Assembly (NCBI GenBank): GCA_963663405.2 | Contig: CAXXSM010000142.1 | Location: forward strand, 1-64,000 | DNA from: a bacterium | GTDB lineage: Bacteria; Hinthialibacterota; Hinthialibacteria; Hinthialibacterales; Hinthialibacteraceae | Direction of reading: 5' to 3' | Length of the DNA: 64,000 bases | Shown: positions 54,924-64,000 of the stretch, one piece after another | Layout: every line of letters begins with the position of its first letter | Position numbering within the stretch: the first letter of the stretch is position 1 | Made by a program: the position numbers and the translations under genes | Notes under the pieces: generated by a model | Database searches by the model: none | What the model was told of the DNA's origin: nothing | The model's input: the letters and a program-made list of their open reading frames with translations, nothing else

Positions 54924-56283
54924 AAAAGATTTCCTGCCGGTGTTTCTACCCCAATTGGAAAATCATTTAAAAGAAAAAGGGTGGCTGAATAAAACCGTTT
55001 TTCATATCGCGGATGAACCATCCAACCACAACATTATGAGCTGGCGAGAAGTATCGGATTTCATCCACCAATGCGCGCCCTCACTTCGCAGAATCGATGC
55101 CATTGAAACCACCCATTGTCAGGATCGTCTGGAAATATGGGTACCCAAACTCGATATTCTCTCTACTTGTTTTAATGCATTCCAACAGACACAGGGGAAA
55201 GGAAACGAACTATGGTTCTATACGGTCGGTATTTATCAGGGTGGTTCGCTGCCAAATAAAACTGTCGATGTTCCATTGATCGAATCACGCATTTTACACT
55301 GGCTAAATTACCGATATGGATTAACTGGCTATCTGCATTGGGGATTTAATCAATGGAGCGACGATCCATTTGAATCCCCTGGCCAGCATAATGGAGATGG
55401 ATGGCATGTTTATCCAGGGAAAAATGGTTTGATGGACTCCCTGCGATGGGAACAGATGCGAAACGGCCTACAGGACTTCGAGTATCTTTGGATGTTGGAA
55501 GACAAAACTAGGCAAATCACTAGTTCACTCAGTGAACGACTTTCCATTCTTGATCCATCCCGGAGAAGCAAGGAAATCGCTATTTCTGTGGTCAAGTCTA
55601 TGGATGATTATACAAAAGATCCAACGATTCTTTATTCGGCAAAGAAACAAGCCATTGAAGAACTATTGGAGTTGGATAAAAGTCCTTGTTTGCTCGTGCA
55701 GACGAATCCGTTGGAACATACGCCAGTCGCCAACAATTGCAGTGTCGATTTATTCGGCTATGCGGAACCTGGAACGAAGATCATCGTTAATGGTAATGAA
55801 TTGCCTGTTGCTCTTGATGGCCTGTTTATGGAAAATGTAAGACTTACAAAAGAAAACACTCTTATAGTGAAAGCTGAAAACCAAAAAGGCAAAAAAGAAT
55901 TGATTCGCACTTTTGCTAATCCTTATTAATTCCACTTGTGACAATACAATTAAAGAGCATCTGTCACTGGCTTCATTCACAACCTGAGAAACTGCGAAAA
56001 TTTCCTTTTTTTCAATCGGTATTATAAGCGCGCAGGAGCGATTATTTGCTGTCGTCAGCATCCGGCTTTTTGGGATAGGGATCCCATTCATAGGCCACAC
56101 TTAAGTAGTATAGATGGTTTCCGGTGGATTGTGAAAGACAGGATATATTTTTCTAAGTGAACAAAGATAACGTGGATTTCGGGTAAGATCACTTGACATG
56201 ACGTATACAATCACGAGAGTATTGGTAGTAAATTTAAAAAAAGTGAACGTATTTCTCGTTCTAAATAGGAAAACACAAATCAA

Positions 56284-58674
56284 ATGAGAAGAATCAAGTC
56301 ACTAACTGCAATTCAATTATATCTATTGGCATTGGGATTGGCTTTAGCCTGTTCCCAGTTATCTTCCGAAGATCCGCCCGGAGGACCGCTGCAACCTCCT
56401 TTTGTCCACGATGTCCCGATCAATACAAGTGATTCGCCCCAAGAGATCATAGAAAAAGCGGCGAATGTAGTTCCGAGTCCGGCGCAGATGCTCTATCATC
56501 AAGACGAATTTTCCGGATTCATTCATTTCGGCCCTAACACGTTTACCGGAGTGGAGTGGGGCAACGGTAAGGAAAATCCCAACGTATTCAATCCGGGTGA
56601 AACCCTGGATACAGATCAGTGGTGTCGGATCATGAAGGCCGCACAGATCAAAAAGGTCATTATCACGGTGAAACACCACGATGGATTCTGCATTTGGCAA
56701 ACGCGCTACAACAGCACTTTTTCCGTGCGTGCGATTGACTGGCGCAAAGGCCAGGGTGATGTGCTGCGCGAGTTGGCGGACTCCTGCAAAAAGTATGGTC
56801 TTAAACTCGGTGTATACCTTTCACCAGCGGATCTTTACCAAATTGAAAACGAAGAGGGTCTCTATGGCAACCTTAGCAAATATCAAACAAGCGTAATCCC
56901 CACGAATCCGGATACGTTCAAAACTGATCCCACTCAAGCGCGTGCGGATAAGCCAAAAGACGCTCCTACATTTACCGTGTTGGCAGACGACTATAACCGC
57001 TACTTTATGAATCAACTCTACGAACTGCTTACTGAATATGGCCCCATTCACGAGGTTTGGTTCGACGGCGCACATCCCAAGCGCAAGGGTGGACAGCAGT
57101 ATAGTAAGGATGAGTGGTTTAATATGATTCGAGCGCTTGCGTCAGACGCGGCCATTTTCGGTGGGCCGGATATTCGCTGGTGCGGCAATGAAGGAGGCTA
57201 TACACGTGATTCGGAATGGAATGTCCTACCAATCGAGACATACAAGACCAGCGGTGAAGACCGTCCAATACCTGCCCCAGGTTTGGAAGATGCGCTCACC
57301 GCCGGAAAGTACACAGTTTATGGCAAGCCATATCACTCCAACTTTCTCTACTACATGATTGCTGAGGTAGATACGTCAATTCGAGCTGGTTGGTTTTGGC
57401 GAAACGAACAGGAGCAATCCGTGCGCACACCTGATGATGTATTCGATATCTACGAACGCTCGGTGGGTGGAAATGCTGGTTTTCTCCTCAATATCCCCCC
57501 AAACAATAAGGGCCGTTTTGGCGCGCGTGATGAGGCGTGCCTGATCGAAGTCGGTAAGCGCATCCACGCCACCTATGGTACAAACCTAGCGTCCAGGGCA
57601 AAAATCAATGTGGACGGTAAGGCCAACGCCCTCAGTGATGGTAAACTGAACACCTTTTGGTGTCCTCCGGCCAATCATGGCTCTTTCATTGTGACACTCC
57701 CGCAAGCACAAACCGTCAACCGTTTTGTGCTTCAGGAAGCGATTGCCAATGTGGGGCAGCGCATCAAGGAACACTCCTTAGACGCCTGGATTGATGGGAC
57801 ATGGAAAACCGTAGCCTATGCCACCACAGTTGGTTACAAACGGATCTTGCGATTTCCCGCCGTTACAACAGACCGCTTTCGAGTACATATCCACGATGCG
57901 CGTCTACAACCCACCGTGGCCGAAATCGCAGCTCACTATTACAACCAGCCGCCACCGCAGGTGATCGCCAAAAGAGACCGGAACTACAATGTGGTTTTAG
58001 AAACTTTAGCTCCCAGTAACCAATTTGACTGGAAACAACACGGTAAGCGTGAGGCCATCCCCAACGAGCATACCAACGTCGACATCCACTATACCCTGGA
58101 TGGACAGGATCCGACTATTGAGTCACCGGTATATGCAGAACCACTCGATCTACCCAATGGTGGACGGATTCGGGCATGCTCGGTTGTAAACGGTGTAATG
58201 GGACCACTATCCGATTTGCGTCTGGGTATATCAAGAAAAACTCTGAGCATTCACTATGTCAGCAGTCAGCATGATTCGCACAACGCTGAAAAGGCCATTG
58301 ACGGTGATCCGCAGACGTTCTGGCTTACGAGCCAGGCCGCTGGCCATCCAAGCCATCCACACCAGCTGATCATCGATCTTGGACGCCTGAATCGGGTGGA
58401 GGGTCTGACTTATCTGCCACGCCAGGATAAACGGATCGCTGACGGTATGATCGAATCCGGAACCATAGAAACCAGTTTAAACGGCGCGGTGTGGACAACG
58501 ATGGGACAATTTTATTTCGGTAATCTGCTCAACAACCCGGTCAAACAAGTGTTTCTTCTTGACCATCCAATCGATACCCGTTATGTCCGTATCACTTCTA
58601 AAACCGGCGTGCAAGACAACCCCTTTGCAGGCGCCGCAGAAATCGAAATCCTCTCTATGATCGAACCAAACTAA
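56284..58674 (+). CDS. Alpha-L-fucosidase (GH29) with F5/8-type-C (CBM32) and Fn3/chitobiase-associated domains
   Basis: FIHFGPNTFTGVEWG, KHHDGFCIW, EVWFDGA, IRWCGNE, SVGGNAGFLLNIPP, IHYTLDGQDPT, AIDGDPQTFW. Confidence 0.93.
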   Translation: MRRIKSLTAIQLYLLALGLALACSQLSSEDPPGGPLQPPFVHDVPINTSDSPQEIIEKAANVVPSPAQMLYHQDEFSGFIHFGPNTFTGVEWGNGKENPNVFNPGETLDTDQWCRIMKAAQIKKVIITVKHHDGFCIWQTRYNSTFSVRAIDWRKGQGDVLRELADSCKKYGLKLGVYLSPADLYQIENEEGLYGNLSKYQTSVIPTNPDTFKTDPTQARADKPKDAPTFTVLADDYNRYFMNQLYELLTEYGPIHEVWFDGAHPKRKGGQQYSKDEWFNMIRALASDAAIFGGPDIRWCGNEGGYTRDSEWNVLPIETYKTSGEDRPIPAPGLEDALTAGKYTVYGKPYHSNFLYYMIAEVDTSIRAGWFWRNEQEQSVRTPDDVFDIYERSVGGNAGFLLNIPPNNKGRFGARDEACLIEVGKRIHATYGTNLASRAKINVDGKANALSDGKLNTFWCPPANHGSFIVTLPQAQTVNRFVLQEAIANVGQRIKEHSLDAWIDGTWKTVAYATTVGYKRILRFPAVTTDRFRVHIHDARLQPTVAEIAAHYYNQPPPQVIAKRDRNYNVVLETLAPSNQFDWKQHGKREAIPNEHTNVDIHYTLDGQDPTIESPVYAEPLDLPNGGRIRACSVVNGVMGPLSDLRLGISRKTLSIHYVSSQHDSHNAEKAIDGDPQTFWLTSQAAGHPSHPHQLIIDLGRLNRVEGLTYLPRQDKRIADGMIESGTIETSLNGAVWTTMGQFYFGNLLNNPVKQVFLLDHPIDTRYVRITSKTGVQDNPFAGAAEIEILSMIEPN

Positions 58675-58913
58675 AGAAGTACTTTAGCGAGGGCATGGAA
58701 TCCATCTTGTTCGTCTGATCGGAAAACACAGAAAACGGGTGAGCGAAATGGATAGCCCGCAAGAATGTAAAAATTGCTATGCTTTTTACACACGAAGAAA
58801 CGACACCCGTTCTCTGCAAGTGAGTGATCCGCTATTTTTGAACTTTCGTATCAGGTCAGGCACATGAAGTGATATACTAACAATCACCAATAAACAAGGA
58901 GTCAAGACGCATA

Positions 58914-59000
58914 TTCTCTCCCTAGGACTGGGGAGAGTAAGGGGGGTCGAACATCGATGGAACAATCCCCTCCTAATCTCCCCCAGGCTTGGGGGAGGAA
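58914..59000. repeat. Inverted pair of GC-rich REP-like palindromic units
   Basis: TTCTCTCCCTAGGACTGGGGAGAGTAAGGGGGG and the reverse complement of CCCCTCCTAATCTCCCCCAGGCTTGGGGGAGGAA are near copies; each forms its own hairpin. Confidence 0.7.
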
Positions 59001-59149
59001 TCTATCATTTCATATGGCTGTCCAATTACGAAAGATATATAGAAGTCACCCCAAATTGGAACATTTTAGCTGCCATTGATTTTCGGCGGTTGAGATTTGG
59101 ACAAAAAGTGGATTGGTTACCATCTACCTGCTTTTCGTAATGGAACTCA

Positions 59150-59326
59150 AGACACAACGCGTTCGGACAGGGTTTTCTCTCTCTTGATCGCGTTCAGAGC
59201 GACTTTGGCTTTGAACGCGCCGCTGAATTGATTGCTTTTTTTCTTCATGGTCAATCCTCCAAGCCAAGTTGTCGACTTGATGGATTTTCACCTTAAACCA
59301 CTGCCCGAATGATGGGAGGCGCTTCA
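59150..59326 (-). mobile_element. IS3-family left end with orfA N-terminal fragment
   Basis: Minus strand begins TGAAGCGCCTCCCATCATTCGGGCAGTGGTTTAAG (IS3-like IRL), then GGAGG RBS and MKKKSNQFSGAFKAKVALNAIKREKTLSE from 59248. Confidence 0.75.
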
Positions 59327-59679
59327 CTGCCCGTCTTGTGGACACGTATTCCGGAAATCGCTATGCGTGGAATTTTCGTGTTGGGATCAATTGGCGCCGG
59401 TGTTGTTTTGGACAGCAGTAGGGCGCCTTGTAGCAAAATCCGGGCTTTCACCGTCCAAAATCCTAGGAAAGATTCTTTTCTTTATGGATTTTCAGATTTT
59501 TCTTGGACAGGAATGATATAAATCATATTGTTTTAAGTATAATTTCCTTATTCCTCCAAGACGAAATCCAATCTTTATACTATAATGATAATCTTATGAA
59601 TAATCTGGATGGATTCTCCATCCAATATAAACAATAGCATGAATCGTATTTCAATAATCAGAGGGATAAATTCGATCGA

Positions 59680-61203
59680 ATGAGAGAAAAAATAGATCAA
59701 TCTTCGAAGTTCTATACAACGTTCATCATCGGATTGTTAATCGTTAGCCTGCATTGTTGTGGAGGAAAAACAACCGATCGAGAACAGGAGAAAACAGCGG
59801 GAACCGGCAGCCGGGATAGCATAGCGCAAAAGAAAATCGACGCGTTGCCCAGCTCCGAAAATGTCTATCCAGACTCCCAGCGGGAAAAATCCACGTTCCC
59901 CCCATCCGCGACCGTCTCTCCACAAAAATCCACACCGATCGTGGGAAAAACAGCGTTCTCTCAAATTCAAGAGGGATCGAGCGCGATCAAAACACCGGAA
60001 CCGGCGAAGAAAAAAGTACACCCAAAGATTATCCGGGACGCCTCCAATCCCGTCAAAGCGCTCTATATGACCGGTTGGGTCGCGGGGACAAAAAGACTCC
60101 GCAATGATGTTATCCAAATCGCCACCAGCACGGAGATCAACGCGATCGTTATCGATATTAAAGATTATTCAGGCACGGTCAGTTACATCACCGGCCTGCC
60201 TAAAGTCGAAAAATACAAAGCGGAAGAAAAACGCATTCGTGATATTGATGAACTGCTCGAAAAACTGCATGCGCAAGATTTATACGTGATCGGCCGGATT
60301 ACGATCTTTCAAGATCCAAAATTGACCGCTGCGCGGCCCGATCTTGCCCTCAAAACTCCCGAAGGTAAGGTCTGGAAAGATCGAAAGAAACTTTCCTGGG
60401 TCGATCCAGCTTGCAAAGAAGTGTGGGATTACAACTTGGATATTGCGCGGGATGCGATCCGGCGCGGTTTTGATGAAATCAACTTTGATTACATCCGTTT
60501 CCCCTCCGATGGAATCGGATTGAGTACGATGATCTATCCATACTGGAAGCGAAAGGGAGAAATGACAACGGTTCTTTGTAATTTCTTCCGGTATGTAAGA
60601 AAATCGCTTCCAAACACACCGATTTCAGCTGATATCTTTGGATTGACAACCGTCGCCAACGATGACCTAGGCATAGGACAGTTGATAGAAGACGCGTATG
60701 AAAATTTCGATAACATCTGTCCAATGGTCTATCCCTCCCACTTCGCCGCAGGTTTTAAAGGCTATAAGAATCCCGCCGACCATCCATACGAAGTGGTTAA
60801 ATTCTCGATGGAAAAAGCGATCGAGAAGTTGGTTGAACATGAATTGAAAAAAGAAGCGAAGGCCGCCGCGATAATCACCGCGGCTTCGATTCGATCCAAA
60901 GTCAATTCCACTGCAATGAAAGCGAATGGCGAGTCCATCGCGTCATCAACAGATGCAAGAGCGGCGGGAGACATTCAATCCGCGACGAAACCGAAGCCGA
61001 AACTCTCCCCAGAAAAAAAGCGTAAGATCATTCAGAAACTGAGACCCTGGTTCCAGGATTTTGACATGGGGGCCAAGTATACTATTGACATGGTGCAAGC
61101 GCAGATCAAAGGAGCCAGCGACGCTGGCCTTCTCGACACATGGCAGATCTGGAATCCAAGAAACAAATACCGAAAAGCAATTTTTAAATCGGCGAAGAAG
61201 TGA
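59680..61203 (+). CDS. Putative glycoside hydrolase (DUF4015 family), probable lipoprotein
   Basis: PVKALYMT, INAIVIDIKDYSG, IGRITIFQDP, GFDEINFDYIRFPSDG, SADIFG, CPMVYPSHF, LRPWFQDF, WNPRNKY. Confidence 0.85.
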   Translation: MREKIDQSSKFYTTFIIGLLIVSLHCCGGKTTDREQEKTAGTGSRDSIAQKKIDALPSSENVYPDSQREKSTFPPSATVSPQKSTPIVGKTAFSQIQEGSSAIKTPEPAKKKVHPKIIRDASNPVKALYMTGWVAGTKRLRNDVIQIATSTEINAIVIDIKDYSGTVSYITGLPKVEKYKAEEKRIRDIDELLEKLHAQDLYVIGRITIFQDPKLTAARPDLALKTPEGKVWKDRKKLSWVDPACKEVWDYNLDIARDAIRRGFDEINFDYIRFPSDGIGLSTMIYPYWKRKGEMTTVLCNFFRYVRKSLPNTPISADIFGLTTVANDDLGIGQLIEDAYENFDNICPMVYPSHFAAGFKGYKNPADHPYEVVKFSMEKAIEKLVEHELKKEAKAAAIITAASIRSKVNSTAMKANGESIASSTDARAAGDIQSATKPKPKLSPEKKRKIIQKLRPWFQDFDMGAKYTIDMVQAQIKGASDAGLLDTWQIWNPRNKYRKAIFKSAKK

Positions 61204-61216
61204 TTTTTCTTATATA

Positions 61217-62254
61217 TCAACCAATATAAGGCCTTCCATTTCTCTGTCTTCGATACAAGAGCGCCCCTGTAAACGCTACAACAAATAGGGTAAGACAAAT
61301 CAGCGTCCACACGAGTGAGGAAACCATCCCCCCATCTGAATCCATGCCTTCTATCCCCGCCGCCGCAACCGGCCCCCACGGGAAAACGCCTTCCCTGTGT
61401 GAACGCAGGGCCATGACTTTTTCATCCAGTTCCTTGCTCCAAATCATAGGCAGATCCACCCCTAAACTCGACGCGTTGCGCAGGCATGAACAATCTCCGG
61501 TTAGAATCGTAATCTGTTGATTCAAGTATGTTTCAAGGTCTTCCCTGCCCTCCCTGGGCCGCATCAATTTCCCCTTTCCGAACACAATCCCCACCCAATC
61601 CGGCCCATCCTTCTTCAATCCAAGAAATGAAAGAAGAATACGCGCTCTCGCGTCCCCCCGATCCACTCGAAAAACGGACACAGGAAGCGTCTCCTTCTCC
61701 GACCATTGTTCAGCGATCGCAGAGATAGTGGACTCAAAATCACTATTCGGAGCATTCCCAGGAACATACAAGAGCAGCGCCAACTTTGATCCAACCGTCT
61801 CCCGGATCTCTTTCCGGATTGGAGAATCAAGTAGGATTTTTAATTCCTCATCGCTCGGATACGGCTCCCAATACTCCAGAAAAAAAGACCGCCGCTCCGA
61901 CCTATTCCACCCCGCCAAAACCGTAACTGGAAACGAAGGAGGCGCCGATGGAATCCCATACTCCTTCCAATTCACATCCGGATCATCCGCGTCAACAGAA
62001 ACAACTTCAATATTCAATCCCCCCTCAAAACTCTCAATCCATTCCTGCAAGCGTTCAACATCCTCAGAAGTTATAGTTCCCTTCCCCATTACAGCAAGCC
62101 GATGAATATCCCGTTCTTCATTGAACGCGGCGTCACGGACAGCGTAGCCTTCGCAAGCGATGGCGTGAGTACAGAACATAGTATCAATACACAATACGCA
62201 ACTAGCGACTAACAAAATTGAGATGAAATGAGAAACTAATTGTATATTATTCAT
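61217..62254 (-). CDS. Hypothetical exported protein with C-terminal membrane anchor
   Basis: Signal peptide followed by ACEGYAVRD, a CSC motif, a C-terminal TM helix and a basic tail RRQR. Confidence 0.75.
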   Translation of the reverse strand: MNNIQLVSHFISILLVASCVLCIDTMFCTHAIACEGYAVRDAAFNEERDIHRLAVMGKGTITSEDVERLQEWIESFEGGLNIEVVSVDADDPDVNWKEYGIPSAPPSFPVTVLAGWNRSERRSFFLEYWEPYPSDEELKILLDSPIRKEIRETVGSKLALLLYVPGNAPNSDFESTISAIAEQWSEKETLPVSVFRVDRGDARARILLSFLGLKKDGPDWVGIVFGKGKLMRPREGREDLETYLNQQITILTGDCSCLRNASSLGVDLPMIWSKELDEKVMALRSHREGVFPWGPVAAAGIEGMDSDGGMVSSLVWTLICLTLFVVAFTGALLYRRQRNGRPYIG

Positions 62255-62362
62255 TTTAGTTCTTATTAGGGCTTACTACATAAAATGATTGTAAGTAACA
62301 AGGGTAAGAATAAGTGTAAGCGCTGGAGCAGTAACTTATACTCCCATGCCTAATCCACAATT

Positions 62363-64000
62363 TCACTCTCCCATCAAACCAATCGGCGCACCACTAACTT
62401 CAGTCAAACGAATCCCAAATGCCCAAGCAGAGCCCTGCTGTGTAATCTTTAAAAGAATGTTGTTAACACCTTTCTTCGCCTGTACCTTCAACGTATCCTG
62501 ATCGGGCATGTAAGTCCGTCCTCCATCAAACCGTCCCGCTTCCTTTCCGTTGAACCAGCATTTAAAGCCATCGTTGCTGCCGATTTTGAGATAGATCTCT
62601 TTCGATTCGGGAAGATTCACTTCCGCGTAGGCGTAAACCGCCACTCCTTCGTAATCCCCATAGATTCGGGCTAAATCCACTTTACCGGTGGGGTGATCCG
62701 TTATATAATCTTTCCATTTCAGTTCACGGCGATTGGGTTTGTATGTTTTCGATAAATTAACGAATGGTTCTTCGATTAACACTTTGTCGGTAGGATTGTT
62801 CTCATTCCAAGGAAACGGTCCAATCAGATTCCAATGAATCACAAATCCAGCTTCCTTAGCCTCTTTCCCTACTTCGTAACCTAATTTCTTCAGGTTCTGT
62901 ATAATGCGCTCCCGGTCTTCTGGATCTTGATTGGAGCGGAACGCGTCTTTTAAAAACCGGATCGCCATGTTTTTATTTTCTTCGCTTCCATCCGCCATGC
63001 TGATAATTGAGTTCAAATACTCCTCCGCCGCTTTCCCATCTCCATAGCAAGCTAAGCGGCCTTCCTTCATCGCGGCAACAATCCGTCCATCACGATCGAT
63101 CAGAAGACCGCCCACCAAAGCCTCAGAGGAAAGTTTATGTTTCCAAAGCACATCCCCATCATCAGCCCCTAACGCGCTTATTTCCCAGCGTGGATAAAGG
63201 GAACGGAAGTTTGGCGCTTCATACACAGCGACAACCGCATTTGGAGTCATTGCCAGAGACAGCGTATCCGTATTTTGTAAAGCGTCCGCGTTCCAAATGG
63301 TGTTAGGTTGTTTATTCGATCCCCCTTTCAAATGATCGAGAACCGTTTTCGCTTTACACACCGCTGGAACCGTTTTACGTCCATTTACAAAGGCGAACAT
63401 CCGGTCATTCCAAGCGGGAGGGATTTTCCCAGAATTCAATGTCTTGCCGCCTCCAATACCGGAACCCGCTTGCGCCTGGTACGCCGTGAAGACACCCGGA
63501 TTAACCACGTTCGTTCCAGCGGAATACCGCAGACGGCCGCCGGTAATGATATAATCCTCACCCAAGACACCGATTTCTTCTCCCCGGTTGGTTTGAGGAG
63601 AACCGTCTTTTGGATACAATCCCGCATAGGCCCCGGTTTTGATATCATAGGCGGCGGGAGAAACCACGTTCCCTCCAGGCATCCAAAGATAATTGTTCGC
63701 GATTGCAAGAACCCCTTGAGCGGATACTCCTTTGCGCAATTCTGGATTGAGATGTCCCGACGAATTATTTTGCCAGATCACCTTTCCACTCTCCGCATCC
63801 AGCGCATACACATAGGTCCCGTCATAGTCAATAATCCCCGCCGCCGCGTATGCGATCCCATCCTGCACAACCACACCGCTATGAACGGGCCATGTGGAAC
63901 TAATCGAACCATAAACAGGAATCCGCCGTTCAACCGGCGCAGCCCGGAACCGCCATAGAAGACGGCCCGTCGCCGCTTCCAGCGCGTATACATACCCGTC
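62363..64000 (-). CDS. PQQ-binding-like beta-propeller (BamB-like) protein with C-terminal PA14/jelly-roll-like domain; 5' part outside window
   Basis: Frame is open to the window edge (DGYVYALEAATGRLLWRFRAAP...STWPV..YALDAESGKVIW); C-terminal WNLIGPFP..VYAYA..GSNDGFKCWFNG..GVNNILLKI. Confidence 0.85.
   Translation of the reverse strand, partial: DGYVYALEAATGRLLWRFRAAPVERRIPVYGSISSTWPVHSGVVVQDGIAYAAAGIIDYDGTYVYALDAESGKVIWQNNSSGHLNPELRKGVSAQGVLAIANNYLWMPGGNVVSPAAYDIKTGAYAGLYPKDGSPQTNRGEEIGVLGEDYIITGGRLRYSAGTNVVNPGVFTAYQAQAGSGIGGGKTLNSGKIPPAWNDRMFAFVNGRKTVPAVCKAKTVLDHLKGGSNKQPNTIWNADALQNTDTLSLAMTPNAVVAVYEAPNFRSLYPRWEISALGADDGDVLWKHKLSSEALVGGLLIDRDGRIVAAMKEGRLACYGDGKAAEEYLNSIISMADGSEENKNMAIRFLKDAFRSNQDPEDRERIIQNLKKLGYEVGKEAKEAGFVIHWNLIGPFPWNENNPTDKVLIEEPFVNLSKTYKPNRRELKWKDYITDHPTGKVDLARIYGDYEGVAVYAYAEVNLPESKEIYLKIGSNDGFKCWFNGKEAGRFDGGRTYMPDQDTLKVQAKKGVNNILLKITQQGSAWAFGIRLTEVSGAPIGLMGE

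Larger units (their letters stand above)
53072..55929 (+). pseudogene. DUF4091/GH123-like glycoside hydrolase, 5'-truncated and interrupted by ISKra4
   Basis: [13 protein letters not shown]...LKGKD | FLPVFLPQLENHLKEKGW..HIADEP..LWFYT..GYLHWGFNQW..GDGWHVYPG..SLRWEQMRNGLQDFEYL; excising the IS and one TSD copy restores the frame. Confidence 0.85.

Noticed and set aside
35105-59326. The two IS3 fragments as halves of one element separated by a 24-kb inversion
   Set aside because: The geometry fits, but the presumed IRL and IRR are poorly matched and the middle of orfA is missing; independent relics are simpler.
59330-59510. CPSCGH zinc-ribbon-like fragment and TTTTGGAC/GTCCAAAA inverted repeat as an att site or gene
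   Set aside because: Too short and degraded to assign; no tRNA or integrase adjacent.

Overview
Bacterial genomic window with no rRNA, tRNA or CRISPR array that I can support. The orphan GspG-like prepilin gene and secreted proteins ending in W-x-L-[FY] suggest a Sumerlaeota/Hinthialibacterota(OLB16)-like lineage; this is inference only. From 1.9 to 29.3 kb is a large signal-transduction island, all on the + strand and bracketed by two inward-facing IS66 remnants. It holds a NarX-type multi-PAS kinase with its NarL regulator and a complete stressosome (two RsbR paralogues, RsbS, RsbT and an RsbT-RsbX fusion). One RsbR carries a DosS-like GAF domain. No SigB partner-switch genes are present in the window; the stressosome genes run directly into histidine kinases and an orphan helical protein. 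Next come a FapA(DUF342)/TPR/REC-PAS-pseudo-DHp/HD-GYP operon and a BarA-like phosphorelay. From 29.9 to 64 kb is an accessory patchwork. It contains an SNF2 + SWIM-HTH pair, IS3, ISKra4 and integrase relics, and secreted carbohydrate-binding proteins. It also holds a 438-bp structured inverted-repeat element, an OmpR/HK-PepSY-ArnT-TolC module ending in a deletion mosaic, a GH29 fucosidase and other secreted proteins. At least eight genes are split by 1-nt indels, nearly all in homopolymer runs and most likely assembly errors; they are reported as joined genes. All calls come from reading motifs by eye; no searches were run.
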